A DNA stretch of 64,000 bases. Origin: Camelus ferus (lineage: Eukaryota). Of this stretch, positions 49,700 to 63,264 are shown piece by piece; within the stretch, counting starts at the first letter, position 1, and the number at the start of each line of letters is the position of its first letter. The notes under the pieces were generated by a model. That model made no database searches, was not told the origin of the DNA, and saw only the letters and a program-made list of their open reading frames with translations. The stretch is taken from positions 33,730,001 to 33,794,000 of the forward strand of contig NC_045696.1 of assembly GCF_009834535.1 (NCBI RefSeq), written 5' to 3'. A program made the position numbers and the translations under genes.

Positions 49700-50290
49700 T
49701 CTCCCTTTCTATTCACTGTTCCACCCATTTGCAATCAGATTTTTGCCTCATCACCGCACCAAAATTCATTAAGGTCACAAGTAGTGGTCACGTTAAAAAG
49801 TTCGAACTTCATGTTTTTAACTTCATCCTAATTGATGCTTCATAAATTTTGATGCTGTGGGTTAATGCCTCCTTAAAGTTACCTCTTCTCTTGACATCCT
49901 ACCATGATGTTCCTCTTTGCTAATCTGTCTCCTTACACTTTGGCTATTCTTTCTCAGTTTCCTTTGCCAAATCCTCCTCTACTTAAACTCTAAATATCAA
50001 GTTTCTTAGTCTTAGTCCTGGATAATTTTCTCATCTTAAGAGATCTCATCCATCTACAGATCACCTCTATATGCAAGTAACTTACAAAAATTATCATCCA
50101 GCCCAGAGCCCAAGCCTTATAGAGTGGAAATAAATTTTATCTGGGGTTCTAAAGTCAATAAATAAAGCAAATGAAACTTTGCCCAACATATTACTGAAAA
50201 TTTCTTCAAACCCCCACAATGAACTGGATATACATGTACTGTGCCTCATAAGTTCAACACAGACGATTTAACCTCTAGCGTCAAAAAGAC
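49700..50290 (+). mobile_element. L2 LINE remnant
   Basis: Degenerate L2 ORF2-like pyrimidine-rich sequence (ttaaggtcaca...cttcatcctaattga...tcacctctatatgc). Confidence 0.5.
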
Positions 50291-50364
50291 TGCCTTTTCT
50301 TGGGTTGATCATCAGATGAAATGTTGGTTCACGTTTAGGAGCCAAGTCTTCTTTAAAAAATGTT

Positions 50365-50470
50365 TTTGCTAATCATTTCATGATGTATGTAAGTCACATC
50401 ATTATGTTGTACACTTTAAACTTATACCATGTTTTATGTCAATTATGTCTCAGTAAAACTGGGGAGAAAT
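50365..50470 (+). mobile_element. L1MA-type extreme 3' end
   Basis: aatcatttcatgatgtatgtaagtcacatcattatgttgtacactttaaacttatac...gtcaattatgtctcagtaaaactgg. Confidence 0.7.
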
Positions 50471-50840
50471 TGAATAGCATGTGATATTATCAGAAACATG
50501 ACCTTAGTTTCAGGAAACAGAGACTTGAATTGAGTCCAGAAGAGTGGCCAGAGTAGACAGGAGGACAGGCTAGCAAGCCATGTAGGAGATGGCGATTAGA
50601 GAAGTCACCTGGTAGCTGACCTCTTGACCAGGAGGACAGAGGCTGGCGGTGCTGTGGGGTGACTAGTAAAATCAGTCACAACTGGGCCCTCAGGTACTCA
50701 CACAAAGAATGAAAGGAGCACAACCTTGGCTTCAGACAAAGCTCTGAACTTCAGTTTTCTCATATCCAAGTGGAGATATAGTTATATTTAGGGGGCTTCT
50801 GTAAGCATTAATAAATGATTTATCTAAAACTCATATGGGA

Positions 50841-51844
50841 ACACCTGTCCTTCTCAAACTATTCCAAAAAATTTCAGTGCAAGGGACACTTCCCAAATCA
50901 TTCTATGAGGCCAGGATCACCCTGATACCAAAACCAAAGATACCACACAAAAAAGAAAATTACAGGCCAGCATCATTGATGAACATAGGTGCATTTTAAA
51001 TCTGTCTCCTAATGCAAAAGAAACAAAAGTGAAAAAAATCAACAAATGGGAGCTAATCAAACTTAAAAGTTTTTGCGCAGCAAAGGAAACCATCAACAAA
51101 TGAAAAGACCACCTACTGAATGGAAAAAAAAATTTGCAAATGATATGACAAATCAGGGGTTAATATCCAAAATATGTAAACAACCCATACAACTCAATAT
51201 CAAAAAACCAAACAACCCAATTAAAAAATGGGCAGAAGACCTGAATAGATATTTTTCTACAGAAGGCGTACAGATGACCAACATGCACATAAAAAGATGC
51301 TCAACACTGCTAATCATCAGAGAAATGGGAGTCAAAATCACACTGAGATGTCATCTCATAGCTGTCCCAATGGCTATCATCAGAAAGACCACAGATAACA
51401 AATTCTGTGCAGAATGTGAGAAAAGGAAATCATTGTATGCTACTGATGGGAATGTAAATTGGTGCAGCTACTGTGGAAAACACTATGGCAGTTTCTCAAA
51501 AAACTAAATATGATCCAGTAATTCCACTCCTGGGCATATATCTGAAAAAAACAAAAACATTAATTTGAAAAGTTATATAAACCTCAATGCTCATAGTAGC
51601 ATTATTTATAATTGCCAAGATATGAAGCAACCTAAGTAGCCATCAACAGATGACTGGTAAAGATGTGGTATGCATACACAACGGAATATCATTCAACCGA
51701 AAGAAGGATGGAATCTTGCTACATTTGCAACAACATGTATGGATCTGGAGAGTATCATGCTTAATTAAGTAAGTCAGAGAAAGATAAATACTCTGTTATT
51801 GCTTATATGTGGAATCTAAAAAAATAAAACAAATTAAAAAAAAG
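50841..51844 (+). mobile_element. Truncated L1 with an internal ORF2 deletion
   Basis: 5' part translates to [40 protein letters not shown] (start of RT) and abuts C-terminal ORF2 ([18 protein letters not shown]..). Degenerate TSD aactcata(t/g)ggga. Confidence 0.9.
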
Positions 51845-52008
51845 AACTCATAGGGGAGAAACTGACCCATACTAAACTTCAAAGTGTTAGTGTATTTCCC
51901 TGTCACAAACTTCCCTAAGCAAGTTGTGAAACAGACAGCTTTCACATATGGTACAAGATCTATTATAGAACAACAAAAACTTAAAAAAAAACATAATTTG
52001 GGGGTCTT

Positions 52009-52759
52009 TTAAAAATTTTTTTGTACTGAAGTATAATTGAGTTACAATGTTCTGTTGGTTTCTGGTATACTGTGTAGTGATTCAGTTATACATACATACA
52101 AATATATATATATTCTTTTTCAGATTCTTTTCCATCACAAGTTATTACAAGATGTTGAATGTAATTCCCTGTGCTATACAGTGGGACCTTGTCACTTATC
52201 TATTTTATGTACAGCAGTTTGTATATGCTTATCCCAAACTCCTAATTTATCCCTCCCTCTCAACACCCTTTTCCCCTTTGGTAACCAAATGTTTGTTTTC
52301 TATGTCTGTGAGTCTGTTTCTGTTTTGTAAATAAGTACATCTGTATCGTTTTTTAGATTCTGCATAAAAGTGATATCATATGATATTTGTCTTTCTCTGT
52401 CTGACTTCACTTAGTATCATAATCTCTAGGTCCATCCATGTTGCTGCAAATAGCATTACTTCATTCTATTTTATGGCTGAGTAGTACTCCATCATATAAA
52501 TATGCCACACCTTCTTTATCCAATCATCTTTCCATGGACATTTAAGTTGCTTCCATGTCTTGGCTATTGTGAATAGTGCTGCTATGAATACTGAGGTGTG
52601 TATATCTTTCTAAATTAGAGTTCTCTCTGGATATATGCCCAGGAGTGGGATTGCTAGATCATATGGTAACTCTATTTATAGTTTTTTTGAGGAATCTCCA
52701 TACTGTTTTCCACAGTGGCTGCACCAAGTTACATTCCCACCAACAGTGTAGGAGGGTTC
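52009..52759 (-). mobile_element. 5'-truncated L1 (ORF2 end plus 3'UTR)
   Basis: Antisense L1 sequence with perfect 14-bp TSD aatttgggggtctt at 51995-52008 and 52760-52773. Confidence 0.93.
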
Positions 52760-52805
52760 AATTTGGGGGTCTTCTCAAGAGTTCTGATCTAAAAACACAC
52801 AATCT

Positions 52806-53441
52806 TCCTGGGCATATGTCCAGAAGGAACCCTACTTCAGGATGACACCTGCACCCCAATGTTCATAGCAGCATTATTTACAATAGCCAAGACATGGAAA
52901 CAGCCTAAATGTCCATCAACAGATGACTGGATAAAGAAGATGTGGCATATTTATACAATGGAATACTACTCAGCCATAAAAACTGACAACATAATGCCAT
53001 TTGCAGCAACATGGATGCTCCTGGAGAATGTCATTCTAAGTGAAGTAAGCCAGAAAGAGAAAGAAAAATACCATATGAGATCGCTCATGTGTGGAATCTA
53101 AAAAAATAAAAAATCAAAAAAACAACAACAACAAAGAAGAAATACAAAACAGAAATAGACTCACAGACATAGAATACAAACTTATGGTTGCCAAGGGGGT
53201 GGGGGGTGGGAAGAGATAGACTGGGATTTCAAAACTGTAGAATAGATAAACAAGATTATATTGTATAGCACAGGGAAATATATACAAGATCTTATGGTAG
53301 CTCACAGAGAAAAAAATGTGACAATGAATATATATATGTTCATGTATAACTGAAAAATTGTGTTCTACACTGGAATTTGACACAACATTGTAAGATGATT
53401 ATAAATCAATAAAAAATGTTTAAAAAAAAAACAAAAAAACC
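52806..53441 (+). mobile_element. Young 5'-truncated L1 (ORF2 C-terminus, 3'UTR, polyA)
   Basis: Intact ORF2 tail [47 protein letters not shown] and A tail; TSD cacacaatct at 52796-52805 and 53442-53451. Confidence 0.93.
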
Positions 53442-54430
53442 CACACAATCTAGTCCTGTGAAATCAAGGACAATCTAGGATGCAGGACCTGTGAGAGTTA
53501 TGCACAGCACATGCCTGTTATGTTTTGCATTATTCTGTTCTCTTCAGCCTGGTGAGATTTAATGGGTAAGCTTGTAAGAGTCAGCGTGTTCTCTCTGCAG
53601 AGTGTTTTAAAAACATCCATGCAAGAATTTCTTAGGCAGCATTTCTTACAGAGATATTATTTGTGCTCCAATTCAAGGCAGTTTTTTTTTTCCAGATGAT
53701 TTTCAGTATCTAGTAAAGTGCCACTTCTCTGTCTTATTTATTTCTCTTATGATATGTTTAGGTTAGAGCCCACTGCAAATTACACGTTGATCTCATATAA
53801 AGACACCACAGATGAAGTTGCATCTATGTTTTAATTAATAATAAGGCTATTTTTAATCATAGTTTGTTTAATCCAAAGTGAGATCTTAAGGATCTCCAAT
53901 GGACCCAGCAGAGACATACAGCAAATGTATGTTGGAGGTTCATTGCAACCCTCTCTTAGTACCTCCATTTATCATTAGAATTATTCCTGAAACATCCTGC
54001 TTTCTCTGTAGAATTGGTTGAGTTTTTTTTTTTAATTTTTTTTTCCGTTAATAATTTTGGCTGGAATTGTAAGATTTTTATACTACTCCTTATTTGTATA
54101 TTTATAGAAAGGAATCCACATTGGGGACACTGAGATGAGATGAAGAGTTACCAAGACACTTCTTAGCTGGCATTAACAAATCAGCAAAGAGTATGTGCTT
54201 AACCATGAAAGAGGATCATTCGTCCTCATGGAAGATAGTGGCAGAACATTAGTTCAATGTGTACCTTGAATCTGTTGTTTGTTTCTTTGCTAGTTGTCCT
54301 GGTAGTGATGGCTGATCTGGGCTAATCTAACTACATTCTATCTGTCAGCCTCTGACAAGTGGAACATATTCATATGATGTCTGGCCTGGTCTGGGTGCAG
54401 TTCAGTCCATGGAATGGAACAAAGCTAAAC

Positions 54431-54502
54431 AGGCCAGGAGGGACTAAAGCCTTGATCTTGGCATTATTAGCACTGCGTTCTAACCCACCGGGCTAACTAA
54501 CC
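54431..54502 (-). mobile_element. Degenerate tRNA-Ile(AAT)-like sequence (MamSINE1-type ancient SINE head or tRNA pseudogene)
   Basis: Minus strand GGTTAGTTAGCCCGGTGGGTTAGAACGCAGTGCTAATAATGCCAAGATCAAGGCTTTAGTCCC resembles tRNA-Ile(AAT); the T-loop/B box is broken. Confidence 0.65.
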
Positions 54503-55869
54503 ACAGACAAAGACCAATTGGATTAATACATCACAGCAGCCAGCATAATCTGGTTTGAATTTATTTCTCATTTTTAATACATTAGTTTTATGATTTGATT
54601 TAAATATTTTAGAATAAATGAAGCCAAGGGCCCACGTTGCTGTCATTCAGAAGAGAGAAGGCAGGGAAGAAACACTGTCCCCTATGACTTCCCATCATCA
54701 CTGGGCACAAGGGGACACTACAGGCTGCACTCTCACTGGGACACTGAGAGCAAATCATGATGTCTATAGGTAATTTATGTCTACTAAGCAAAAAAGAGCC
54801 TTTGTATCTAAGGAAAACGTCTTGGACCACGTTAAAGGCCAATGACTTTTAAGAAACAAAAAATTACTCTTCTGTTTAGTTATTTGCTTTTTGCCAGATT
54901 CTCACACATTGTTTTTATTCCGTGCATCCAAATGTATATAGACATCTTCAAGTCCTAAAAGCAATTTAGCTGCATCCCAGCTGCCCACTTCATTCTTCTT
55001 GTACACCTAGGGCATCAGGGAGGATGTCTTAACATTATTGTCCCTGTGGCCATAGATGCCTGGTGTATATTCAAAATCCCACTTACTTCCAGGGTGCATT
55101 GTAAGTAGCACTTCTAGGAAGTACATCTTAACATTTGAAAATTGACTTCATTTATAACCATTATAATTTATATGGCCTGCACCTTATATTTGGTGACTTG
55201 ATTGCATGCACTTCTTCTTCTTCTTCATTTTGCCCTGATCATTTCAATTATCATAATTGCCTTCCTCATGAAAAGATTAAAAAAATTAATTCCATGAGGG
55301 AAGAGGCAGAGTTAAGTATTTCTTTGGTGCTTCACACAGCACCAAAAGTAGGTACAGTGCAACTCTGCTTAGGTTAATTTGAATTGAATGACTCTATGTG
55401 TTAAGTGAATGTCGTGGATTGTCGTTCTGTAAATGTTCTTGCTTTGATCTCTTTAAACACCAAATAGAAACACAGATTCTAAGGATTTTTTTATGTGAAC
55501 GTTAGACAGAAAATATACCTTTTATAAATTTTTAACCTAATTTTCATATTTTTGTAGAATAATGTCAAATTATTGGCTATGATGAGTAATACTTTTAATA
55601 ATACTTTTTTTACTTTCTAAGGATTTTAACATAAGTCTCTTTAGTATTGCATACTGTAGTACAACTGAAAAATACAAAATCCATTGGGATTTCAGAAGAT
55701 ATATATCATCTCCAGTAACTATAAATTATAGTAGCTCATCCTTCGTATGATGGTGTCCAGAGAGATTACAAAATCAAGTCCATCCTGGTGGTATAATTAG
55801 GTATAGGTTTCCTGAAATTGTCTAATAATAACAGAAATTTTATCAGGATAAGGGAACTAAGAAACAGTA

Positions 55870-56080
55870 ATAATAGTAATAATAATCAGAGTTAACCTTT
55901 ATATAGTGCCTGCTTTGTGTCTGGCAGGTCTTAAGCTTTTTACATATACAACTCATTTAATCCTCCCAACAGCCTGAGGAGGTAAGCACAATAATCACCT
56001 CCATTATGCAGATTAAGAAATCAAAGCACCAAGTGGTTAAATGATGTGCTCAATGTTATTCGTCCAGGCAATCTGTCTCA
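55870..56080 (+). mobile_element. MIR SINE remnant
   Basis: aactcatttaatcctcccaacagcctgaggaggta...ccattatgcagattaagaaatcaaagcac. Confidence 0.8.
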
Positions 56081-56749
56081 AAGGTGTGATGGAGAAAGTT
56101 GACATGTAATTTTGGCAGTTCTGAATAGTTCTACCCATTCTATCATAGGAAGACACTGATTCTTGTCTGTAACTTTTTCTTAATAGCTGAACAGACAACA
56201 TTCCCCTCTAATGATACCAATGATGTTCTGTACTCTAGACAGCAGTGGTCTTCACCAGAGGGACAAATGCCTGAGCGACAACAACCTGTCCTCCATATAA
56301 ACCACCTTCCTAATGGGACAAAGCAATGAAAATAAAACAGGACCTCTATTGCCTTAATACTTGTCCAGTTTCCTTACTTATAGTATCCAAATATAAGTTG
56401 TATTCTTTCTTAAAAGTGAATAACTGAAATAATGGTATATCTGCTGCCAATTTTGTGGGATTCAATCTCATAAATTCTCAAGGACTGAACTGTTTGTTTA
56501 TACTTTCCCTGGAAGCACACCATGTTCTTTATGGATAATCACAAATGTTTTTTTTTAAATCTACAAGTAATTTCAGAGCATTTGATAATCGGGTCATGAC
56601 ATAATCAACTTCAGATATGCTACAAGTATGAGGAACTTGATATGAACAGATGGGAGAGATAAAGTTATTCTTGGGTGATGTGAGATGCAATATTGAATAG
56701 TAAATGCTTCTTCCAGCTCAGAAAATGTGCAAAAATTAGCCATTAACTA

Positions 56750-56905
56750 AAGCACTGCTCCTCGAGATGTGGTCCATGGTCCAGTAGGATCAGTATCATC
56801 TGGGAGCTTGTTAGAAGTAGAAAAGCTGAGGCCCCAGCCCAAACCTCCTGAATCTGAAACTGCATTGTGATAAAATCTTCCAGGTGATTCCTCTGCATGC
56901 TGAAC
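56750..56905. mobile_element. MER5A-like DNA transposon
   Basis: agcactgctcctcgagatgtggtccatggtccag...tgggagcttgttagaa...tgaatctgaaactgcatt...caggtgattc. Confidence 0.8.
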
Positions 56906-57689
56906 TAGAATGTCTCTCTACACCCAATATCAAAATGTAACATCAAATCTTGCCGAATCTTAAGACCACAGTCACCGGGTAGAAACAGACAAATGGTGAT
57001 ATAATATATTCATGGCAACTTCTATGTTACAAAATCATGTCTCAGGCATTTACTTTGTTGAATATCCTCATTCTGCCTATGCGAAAGTCAGAATATGTTT
57101 TTTTTTTTTCATGATAAAACTGTTGGAAGGAGAGAAATTCTCATGGGGCCAAACATACAGAGAAGATAACTTAAACCTAGGTCTTCTAAATCCAAATCCA
57201 GTACTTGTCCATTCACAATAAGCCATCTATAGTTGTCAAAACATTTTAAAGTTGGGCCCATAGAAATGCAAGAATTTGGCCATATTCTTCTAAGACACAA
57301 TGTATTTCCAATGATAAATTTCAGTCCTTCTGGAGACAGAAGTTAATCTTAGTCAGGTGCAAGTTAACCCAGTCACTTCAGGATTTTTTTTACAACTTTT
57401 TCTGGATACACTCAATGATTTCAGGTTAAATTTGACATTTCAGATTGTTCCCTTCTAATCCTACCTGAAATGATATTAAGCTCTTTGGTGGGGGGCTTTG
57501 GAGGGAGGGGGCTGGGGAGTGGTGCATTTGTGGCACTACGCCATGGAGGAGGGCCCGTAGTTGCCTGGCGTTCTCAGTCCTGACACCCTACCTAGCCATC
57601 TCTACCCACTTCCCATGCTGTGGCAGCATTCTTGGAAGGCCGTTTCCTCTCTCAGCATGCCAGAGAGACGGCAGACGCCCGGGTATTCT

Positions 57690-58128
57690 AGCTTTTCTTT
57701 TTCTTCCTTTCTTCATTTCTTTCTTTCTTTGTTTCTTCCTTCCTTCCTTCCTGTCTTCCCTTTATTCCTTACTTCCTTCCTGTCTTTCTTTCTTTTTATT
57801 GACGTATAGTCAGTTTACAATGTTGTGTCAATATCTGGTGTACAGCATAACATTTCCGTCGTACATAAACATACATATATTCCTTTTCATATTCTTTCTC
57901 ATTATAGGTTATACAAGATGTTGAATATAGTTCCCTGTGCTATACAGTATAAACTTGTTGTTTATCTATTTTATATACAGTAGTTAGTATCTGCAAATCC
58001 TGAACTCCCAATTTATCCCTTCCCATTCCCCTTTTCCCTCCTGGTAATCATAAGTTTGTTCTTTATGTCTGTGAGTCTGTTTCTGTTTTGTAGATAAGTT
58101 CATCTGCATTTTTTTTTTTTTTTAGATT
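57690..58128 (-). mobile_element. L1 3'UTR fragment with a CT-rich (degenerate polyA-derived) tail
   Basis: Matches the other L1 3' ends (gttccctgtgctatacag, tatgtctgtgagtctgtttctgttttgtagataagttc); pyrimidine simple repeat 57690-57800. Confidence 0.85.
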
Positions 58129-59460
58129 TTGTCTTTTCAAATTCCACTTAGGCCTGCCTTCTTCTGTTCCTCCTTCCTTTTTGGGAACTGACTTTAAAGG
58201 TGAGGGTGGGAGGGGAGTGGACGGAGCACCGAAACCCACTCTCATATGCCTTCACCAGTGTCTCATGTGCTGGCTTCTCCTACCACAGGTCCCTGTTTCT
58301 CCTAGCCCAGGACTTCTTATCTCATCAAAGGCAGGAAAAACTTGATCTTCTAGTATTCTTGTGTGGCTTTTTTCAAAGCTTTAAAGTGAAGACTTTGACA
58401 CCTCTGTTGTCTAGTCTCCATAGCTGCCACTCTACTGGATGCAATGTCTGCCTGAAGTCTAGTGACCTGAATGGGGGAGAGGTGACAAGATGAAATGGAA
58501 CAAGGCAGGCCAGCATTCGTCAATACTTAAAAATACTGTCCTTCCTGGTGTCCCATAATTCTCAGGAGATAATGTGAAAGACTAGACACATTGGCCTTTC
58601 TAGAGTTTAAATCATGGGAAATTAGGCTCTCTCTAATCTGTTGGTCTGACAATATCTGAATATATATTCAATATATTCAGTTCTCAGTGATAGCTTTAAA
58701 TGTTATTGACAACCTAAGGGATGTCCATACGAAAACAGCCAAAATGGTAAGCCTTTCTGAGAATGACTTCATGTGAGGTCTGATTATGGGAATTATGATT
58801 ATTTAGGCTAGAAAGTAGAGATCAACGGGAAATAAAAATTTCAATGTCTATCATATCACATGGAAAACAGCAAACTTCTGTTGTTGTTGTTGTTATTATT
58901 GTTATGTTTTGCTCAAAAGGAAAAATTGAAATCAATGAATTAAGTTTAAAAAATCAAATTTTAGTTCAAATTAAGTATGTCAGTGACAACACTGGCATTT
59001 TTGTTTTACTCCTGGATAGAACATTACATATGAGCCCCGATTCCTGAGACATCACTTGAAAGAGAAAGCCACAAGGAAGGTAAGATTCCTAACCCATATT
59101 GAATGGTGGTGTGAGAGAGAAATAAACTTTTTATTGTATAATGCCATTCACTAATATTTTGTGATTTTTATGTCATCACAATGTATTCTAGCTTGGCTAA
59201 TACTTAAGGAAGAACTTCCAAAGAAAGAAGTTCAGCAATGGACTAGATTTCCAGGCAGAAGTACAGATCCTATTATGGAAATTGTCAAGCAGTAAACAAA
59301 ACACATTTATTAATTAATGTATTCATAAGTTATTTATGCACTTATTAAACTATATATCCAATGAGCACATAATATGTTCCAGTTATTCTACAATGCACTG
59401 GAGGAAAAGCAGGAGGAAAAGCAAGATCAGCATGACCTCTCAGCATTAGCTAGTAGTTTT

Positions 59461-59970
59461 TTTTTTAATTGAAGTATTGTCAATTACAATGTATCAATTC
59501 CTGATGTACAGCATAATGTCCCAGTCATACATATACATCCATATATTTGTTTTCTTACTCTTTTTCATTATAGTTTACTACAAGATATTGATTATAGTTC
59601 CCTGTGCTATACAGAAGCAACTTTTTGTTTACCTGTTTTATATGTAGTAGTTAGTATCTGCAAATCTCAGACTCCCAATTTATCCCTTCCACCTCCTCTC
59701 CCTTGGTAACCATAAGATTGTTTACTATGTCTGTGAGTCTGTTCTGTTTTGTAGATAAGTTCATTAGTGTCTTTTTTTTTTTCTCTTTTTTTAGATTCAA
59801 CATAAGAATGATATCATATAGTATTTTTTTTTTTTTCTCTTTCTGGCTTTAGTTAGAATGGCGATCTCCCGGTCCATCCATGTTGCTACAAATGGCATTA
59901 TTTTATTCTTTTTATGGCTGAGTAGTATTCCATTGTATAAATATACCACAGCTTCTTTATCCAGTCATTT
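59461..59970 (-). mobile_element. 5'-truncated L1 3' end
   Basis: Antisense L1 3'UTR and ORF2 end; degenerate TSD ta(g/a)tagtttt. Confidence 0.88.
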
Positions 59971-60194
59971 GTAATAGTTTTGATTAGATGATTCTTGTGT
60001 TTGCTTCCAAGTCTGTTTTTAGTGCCAATTCAATAAATTAATAGAAGATTGCCACCAACCACATCTTACTGTACAATGTTCCTGTGACACTTAGCCATCC
60101 TTATTTTTTTCTACATACACCAGAATATGCATGTCTGTGTGCATTTTGTGTGTTCATAGAGATATGTTTTATACTTCTGATAATTCACCTAATG

Positions 60195-60695
60195 ATTGTC
60201 AGGAATTGGGAAGAATCTGAGATTTTATCCAACTGACAAGTTAACTTGGATGCTAGCAGAAGGTAAAAGACTCTTGGATCAGAAACAAAATATATTTATT
60301 ATTCACAGTAATGGCTGTAGCCAAAATATTAGCATTTGTACTGATGGCCTGAGTCCCATTTTCTACAAGGAGGAATGACGGGTTCTAGGGAACACAAGCA
60401 CATGCACTGGGTGGCATTACAGAAAAGGAATCTCAAATTCAGGAAACAGCAGTCTTTCAGAATTGGCAGCAAGCAAGCCTGACCATGCTTTGTCCCAGAA
60501 AGAGGCATCATTTTTTTTTTTAATGGCTACCAAACAAAAAGTCCTCTGCTCTGGAGGGAGACACTATCTCTATCTTCCAAGGTTGTTCTCTATGTAAACA
60601 ACTCTGAAAAGATCATCAGGACAAAGAGCTGTCACTGCTTCTGCTCACAAGCCATGCAGGAACACTAGTGGTCCAGAGAGAATTGTCCTGCAGTA
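60195..60695. mobile_element. Probable ERV solo LTR (ERV1-like; family uncertain)
   Basis: tgtcagg...gaatctgagattttatcc...gacaagttaac...gatgctagcagaag...actatctctatcttccaagg resembles mammalian ERV1 LTRs. Confidence 0.5.
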
Positions 60696-60789
60696 AGGAT
60701 ACCCACTAGATTACAAGGTGCCATGAACCAAAACTAAACCCATCTTTTTCATCACTGTTTTTAATTCCTAGCACAGTGCCTGGGGCACA

Positions 60790-61025
60790 GTAAAAGGCGA
60801 TAACACTTATTGAGGCCAATCTTATCATATTCCAGGACTGTTTAAACACTGTGTGTGTTAACATACTTAATTCTAGCAACTACTTTAAGGTAGTTAACAA
60901 ATATTCCCTGCATTTTGCATCTGAGGAAACTGAAGCCAAAAGAGTTTAGCAACTCATGTAAGATCGTACAGCTAGCAAATGGTGGAGCTTAAATATGTAT
61001 TTCTTGAAATGAGTTGAGTGAATGA
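60790..61025 (+). mobile_element. MIR SINE remnant
   Basis: taacacttattgag...cattttgcatctgaggaaactgaagc...cagctagcaaatggtggagc. Confidence 0.7.
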
Positions 61026-63264
61026 ACGGAAAAATAACTTTGAAAACAGAAAAGAAGCATCTGCAATTATATGCATCAAGCTACATACCAGGTTGCAGTT
61101 TTGAGTTTGAGCACAGCACAGTTTGTCCCAGGACTCACATGCTACTAAAACCCAACTAAAATCAGAGGCTAATGCATATTGTTATATATCTGTTGATTTC
61201 TGTAACTGCAATCTGCTCACAGACTTCATGTAAGTCTGTGCTATAACATGTCTAATTGAAGCTTTACTGTCGAGGTTTAATTTGCCTGACTTGGCCAGAC
61301 TTCATGGTAAAAGGCTAATTCTCTCTCTAAAAAAATGAAAATTTATTTCATACTTATTGTTCTTAGCAGTATGTTCATTGGCAGAACATTAAAAACAAGT
61401 GGAATTGCTCTGTTTTATTAACTGTGGAATAAATGTACAATGGAAAAACTAGCTCATGACTGAAACAGAGAGAAGTCATTTCTGTGCTATGTAGCTGTCC
61501 CTGGGTGTAGACAGGACTGTTGCTACACAAAGTACATACCACGCTATGCCTTGATTTTTGTTTTTCAAAAAAACTGTGATCTGTTTTTTAAAATTTCTAA
61601 TTTCCCTCTTCATGGAATTATCTCTTTTGTCTAGATTGTAAACATAAATTGACAGGTACTGGGTAGAAGAAGACTGAAAAATACGTATTACTGTGTATCA
61701 ACAGGATATATATGGAGACCTAGGTGAGAGAAGGGAGGAAAAAGTTTGGAAACTCAGGAAAAAAAGGTACCCATAATTCCACACACAAACGTAGATCCAT
61801 TGTCACGTTATTTGTGTATTATTGGATGATCATCAAATATTTATTTTAAATGATCCATCAATAAAGTCACACAACACATATTTATTGAACACCTACTTAC
61901 TATGCACCAGACACTGTTTAAGATGCCTGGGATACAGTGATGCACAAAATGAAACTGACAACTATTTCTGCTGTCCCATTCTAGAGATGGCTTTTTAGGT
62001 AGTATATATCAAATTTTGAAAACTACTTTATAAACATACAAACATTTTCTCATCTTACTCTTTGGTTTTTATAACCATCATTTTTACGGACTGAAATTTC
62101 TTACCTGAATAGCTAAGGACGTAAACAACTTTAATGCGGTTACTATTTTCGCTGTTTTCATTTTTTGGTTGGTTAGCAAATAACCCCGTAATGAACGTCT
62201 TGACAGATTGATTTTTCCTCCACGTTTTATACAAGTATATTCTTTCTGCTTATATTTCCCTGGGACCTGTGCATGCCATCTTTGGACACCATTCTGCTCT
62301 TGTTTTGTCCAAGAGTCTTCTTCAACACACTGAATTTTCTGCCAGCGGAACCATCATTGAATGATTTCAGAGGTGCCAAAGCGTGATGCCTCTGAGGTCT
62401 CCTCCACCCATAGCTGGTAGCTGAAATGTCAAGGTTAGAGTCCCATCTTGTTCTCTCTTAACATGTGCATACCACTGCAGTACCAATACATTGTCTATCT
62501 ACACATCCACACCTTGATGAGAACAGATAGGAAAAGAGCAGATGATAGGGGAAAAGAAGAAAGCAGGAGGCCAGTGGCCACCACAGTACCCTGCACCTAA
62601 ATGCAAGCAAGTACATTTCTCTGTGTGTGTGCGTGTGTGTGTTATTCCTTGTTCTATCATTACTGAGAAATACCTGGTATGGGATTATCTGACCTCACAG
62701 AATTTTATCCAAGTGCAAACGTGTGTAGTTGGCTGAGTAAAAGAAGAAGGTTTGAATCTCATTAGTGCAACATTTTTGCTCTCTGGAGTCAATAAATAGA
62801 AGTGATTTTTACACATCATCAAACTGTTATAATTCTTAAGGGTATGAAAAAGCTGGGGATGGGGTAAGTTCATAGATTGCTACAATTGCAAAATCTAGTA
62901 TAGTTATTTTATTTTCAGATAAAGGAGTTGAGGCCTGAAAAATATTGAAAACCTTGATCAAGTCATAAAAATAGTAAAATATTTCCATTCCAGTATTCTT
63001 TCAGCTATGGTTTACTGCCTTTGTGCCTTGGTATTTGGGCATTTTATAGCTACCTTTGGAAAAACTCTAAAGTCTTTCATCTTTTTGGAGGAAAGAGAAA
63101 TCAGTAGATCCTTTTCTTTAATTTAATTTTTTTCCTTTTGACCTGGGATCTTAATAATTTTTCTGAACTGCTTTATGGAACATACTTGATGTAAATGTGG
63201 AACAGGAGGGGAAAAGAAGAAGGAGAAAAAAAAAAGAAAGCAGAATGAAACAATAATTTAAAAG

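Noticed and set aside
51073..53101. ORFs of 144, 97, 95 and 80 aa
   Set aside because: Fragments or antisense frames of truncated L1 elements, not host genes.
52009..53441. Single L1 with 5' inversion (twin priming)
   Set aside because: Each half has its own TSD and its own 3' end, indicating two independent insertions.
58656..58680. AT-rich palindromes here and at about 42933-42953 and 61218-61240 as miRNA-like hairpins
   Set aside because: Stems are only 9-10 bp, too short for a pre-miRNA and common by chance in AT-rich DNA.
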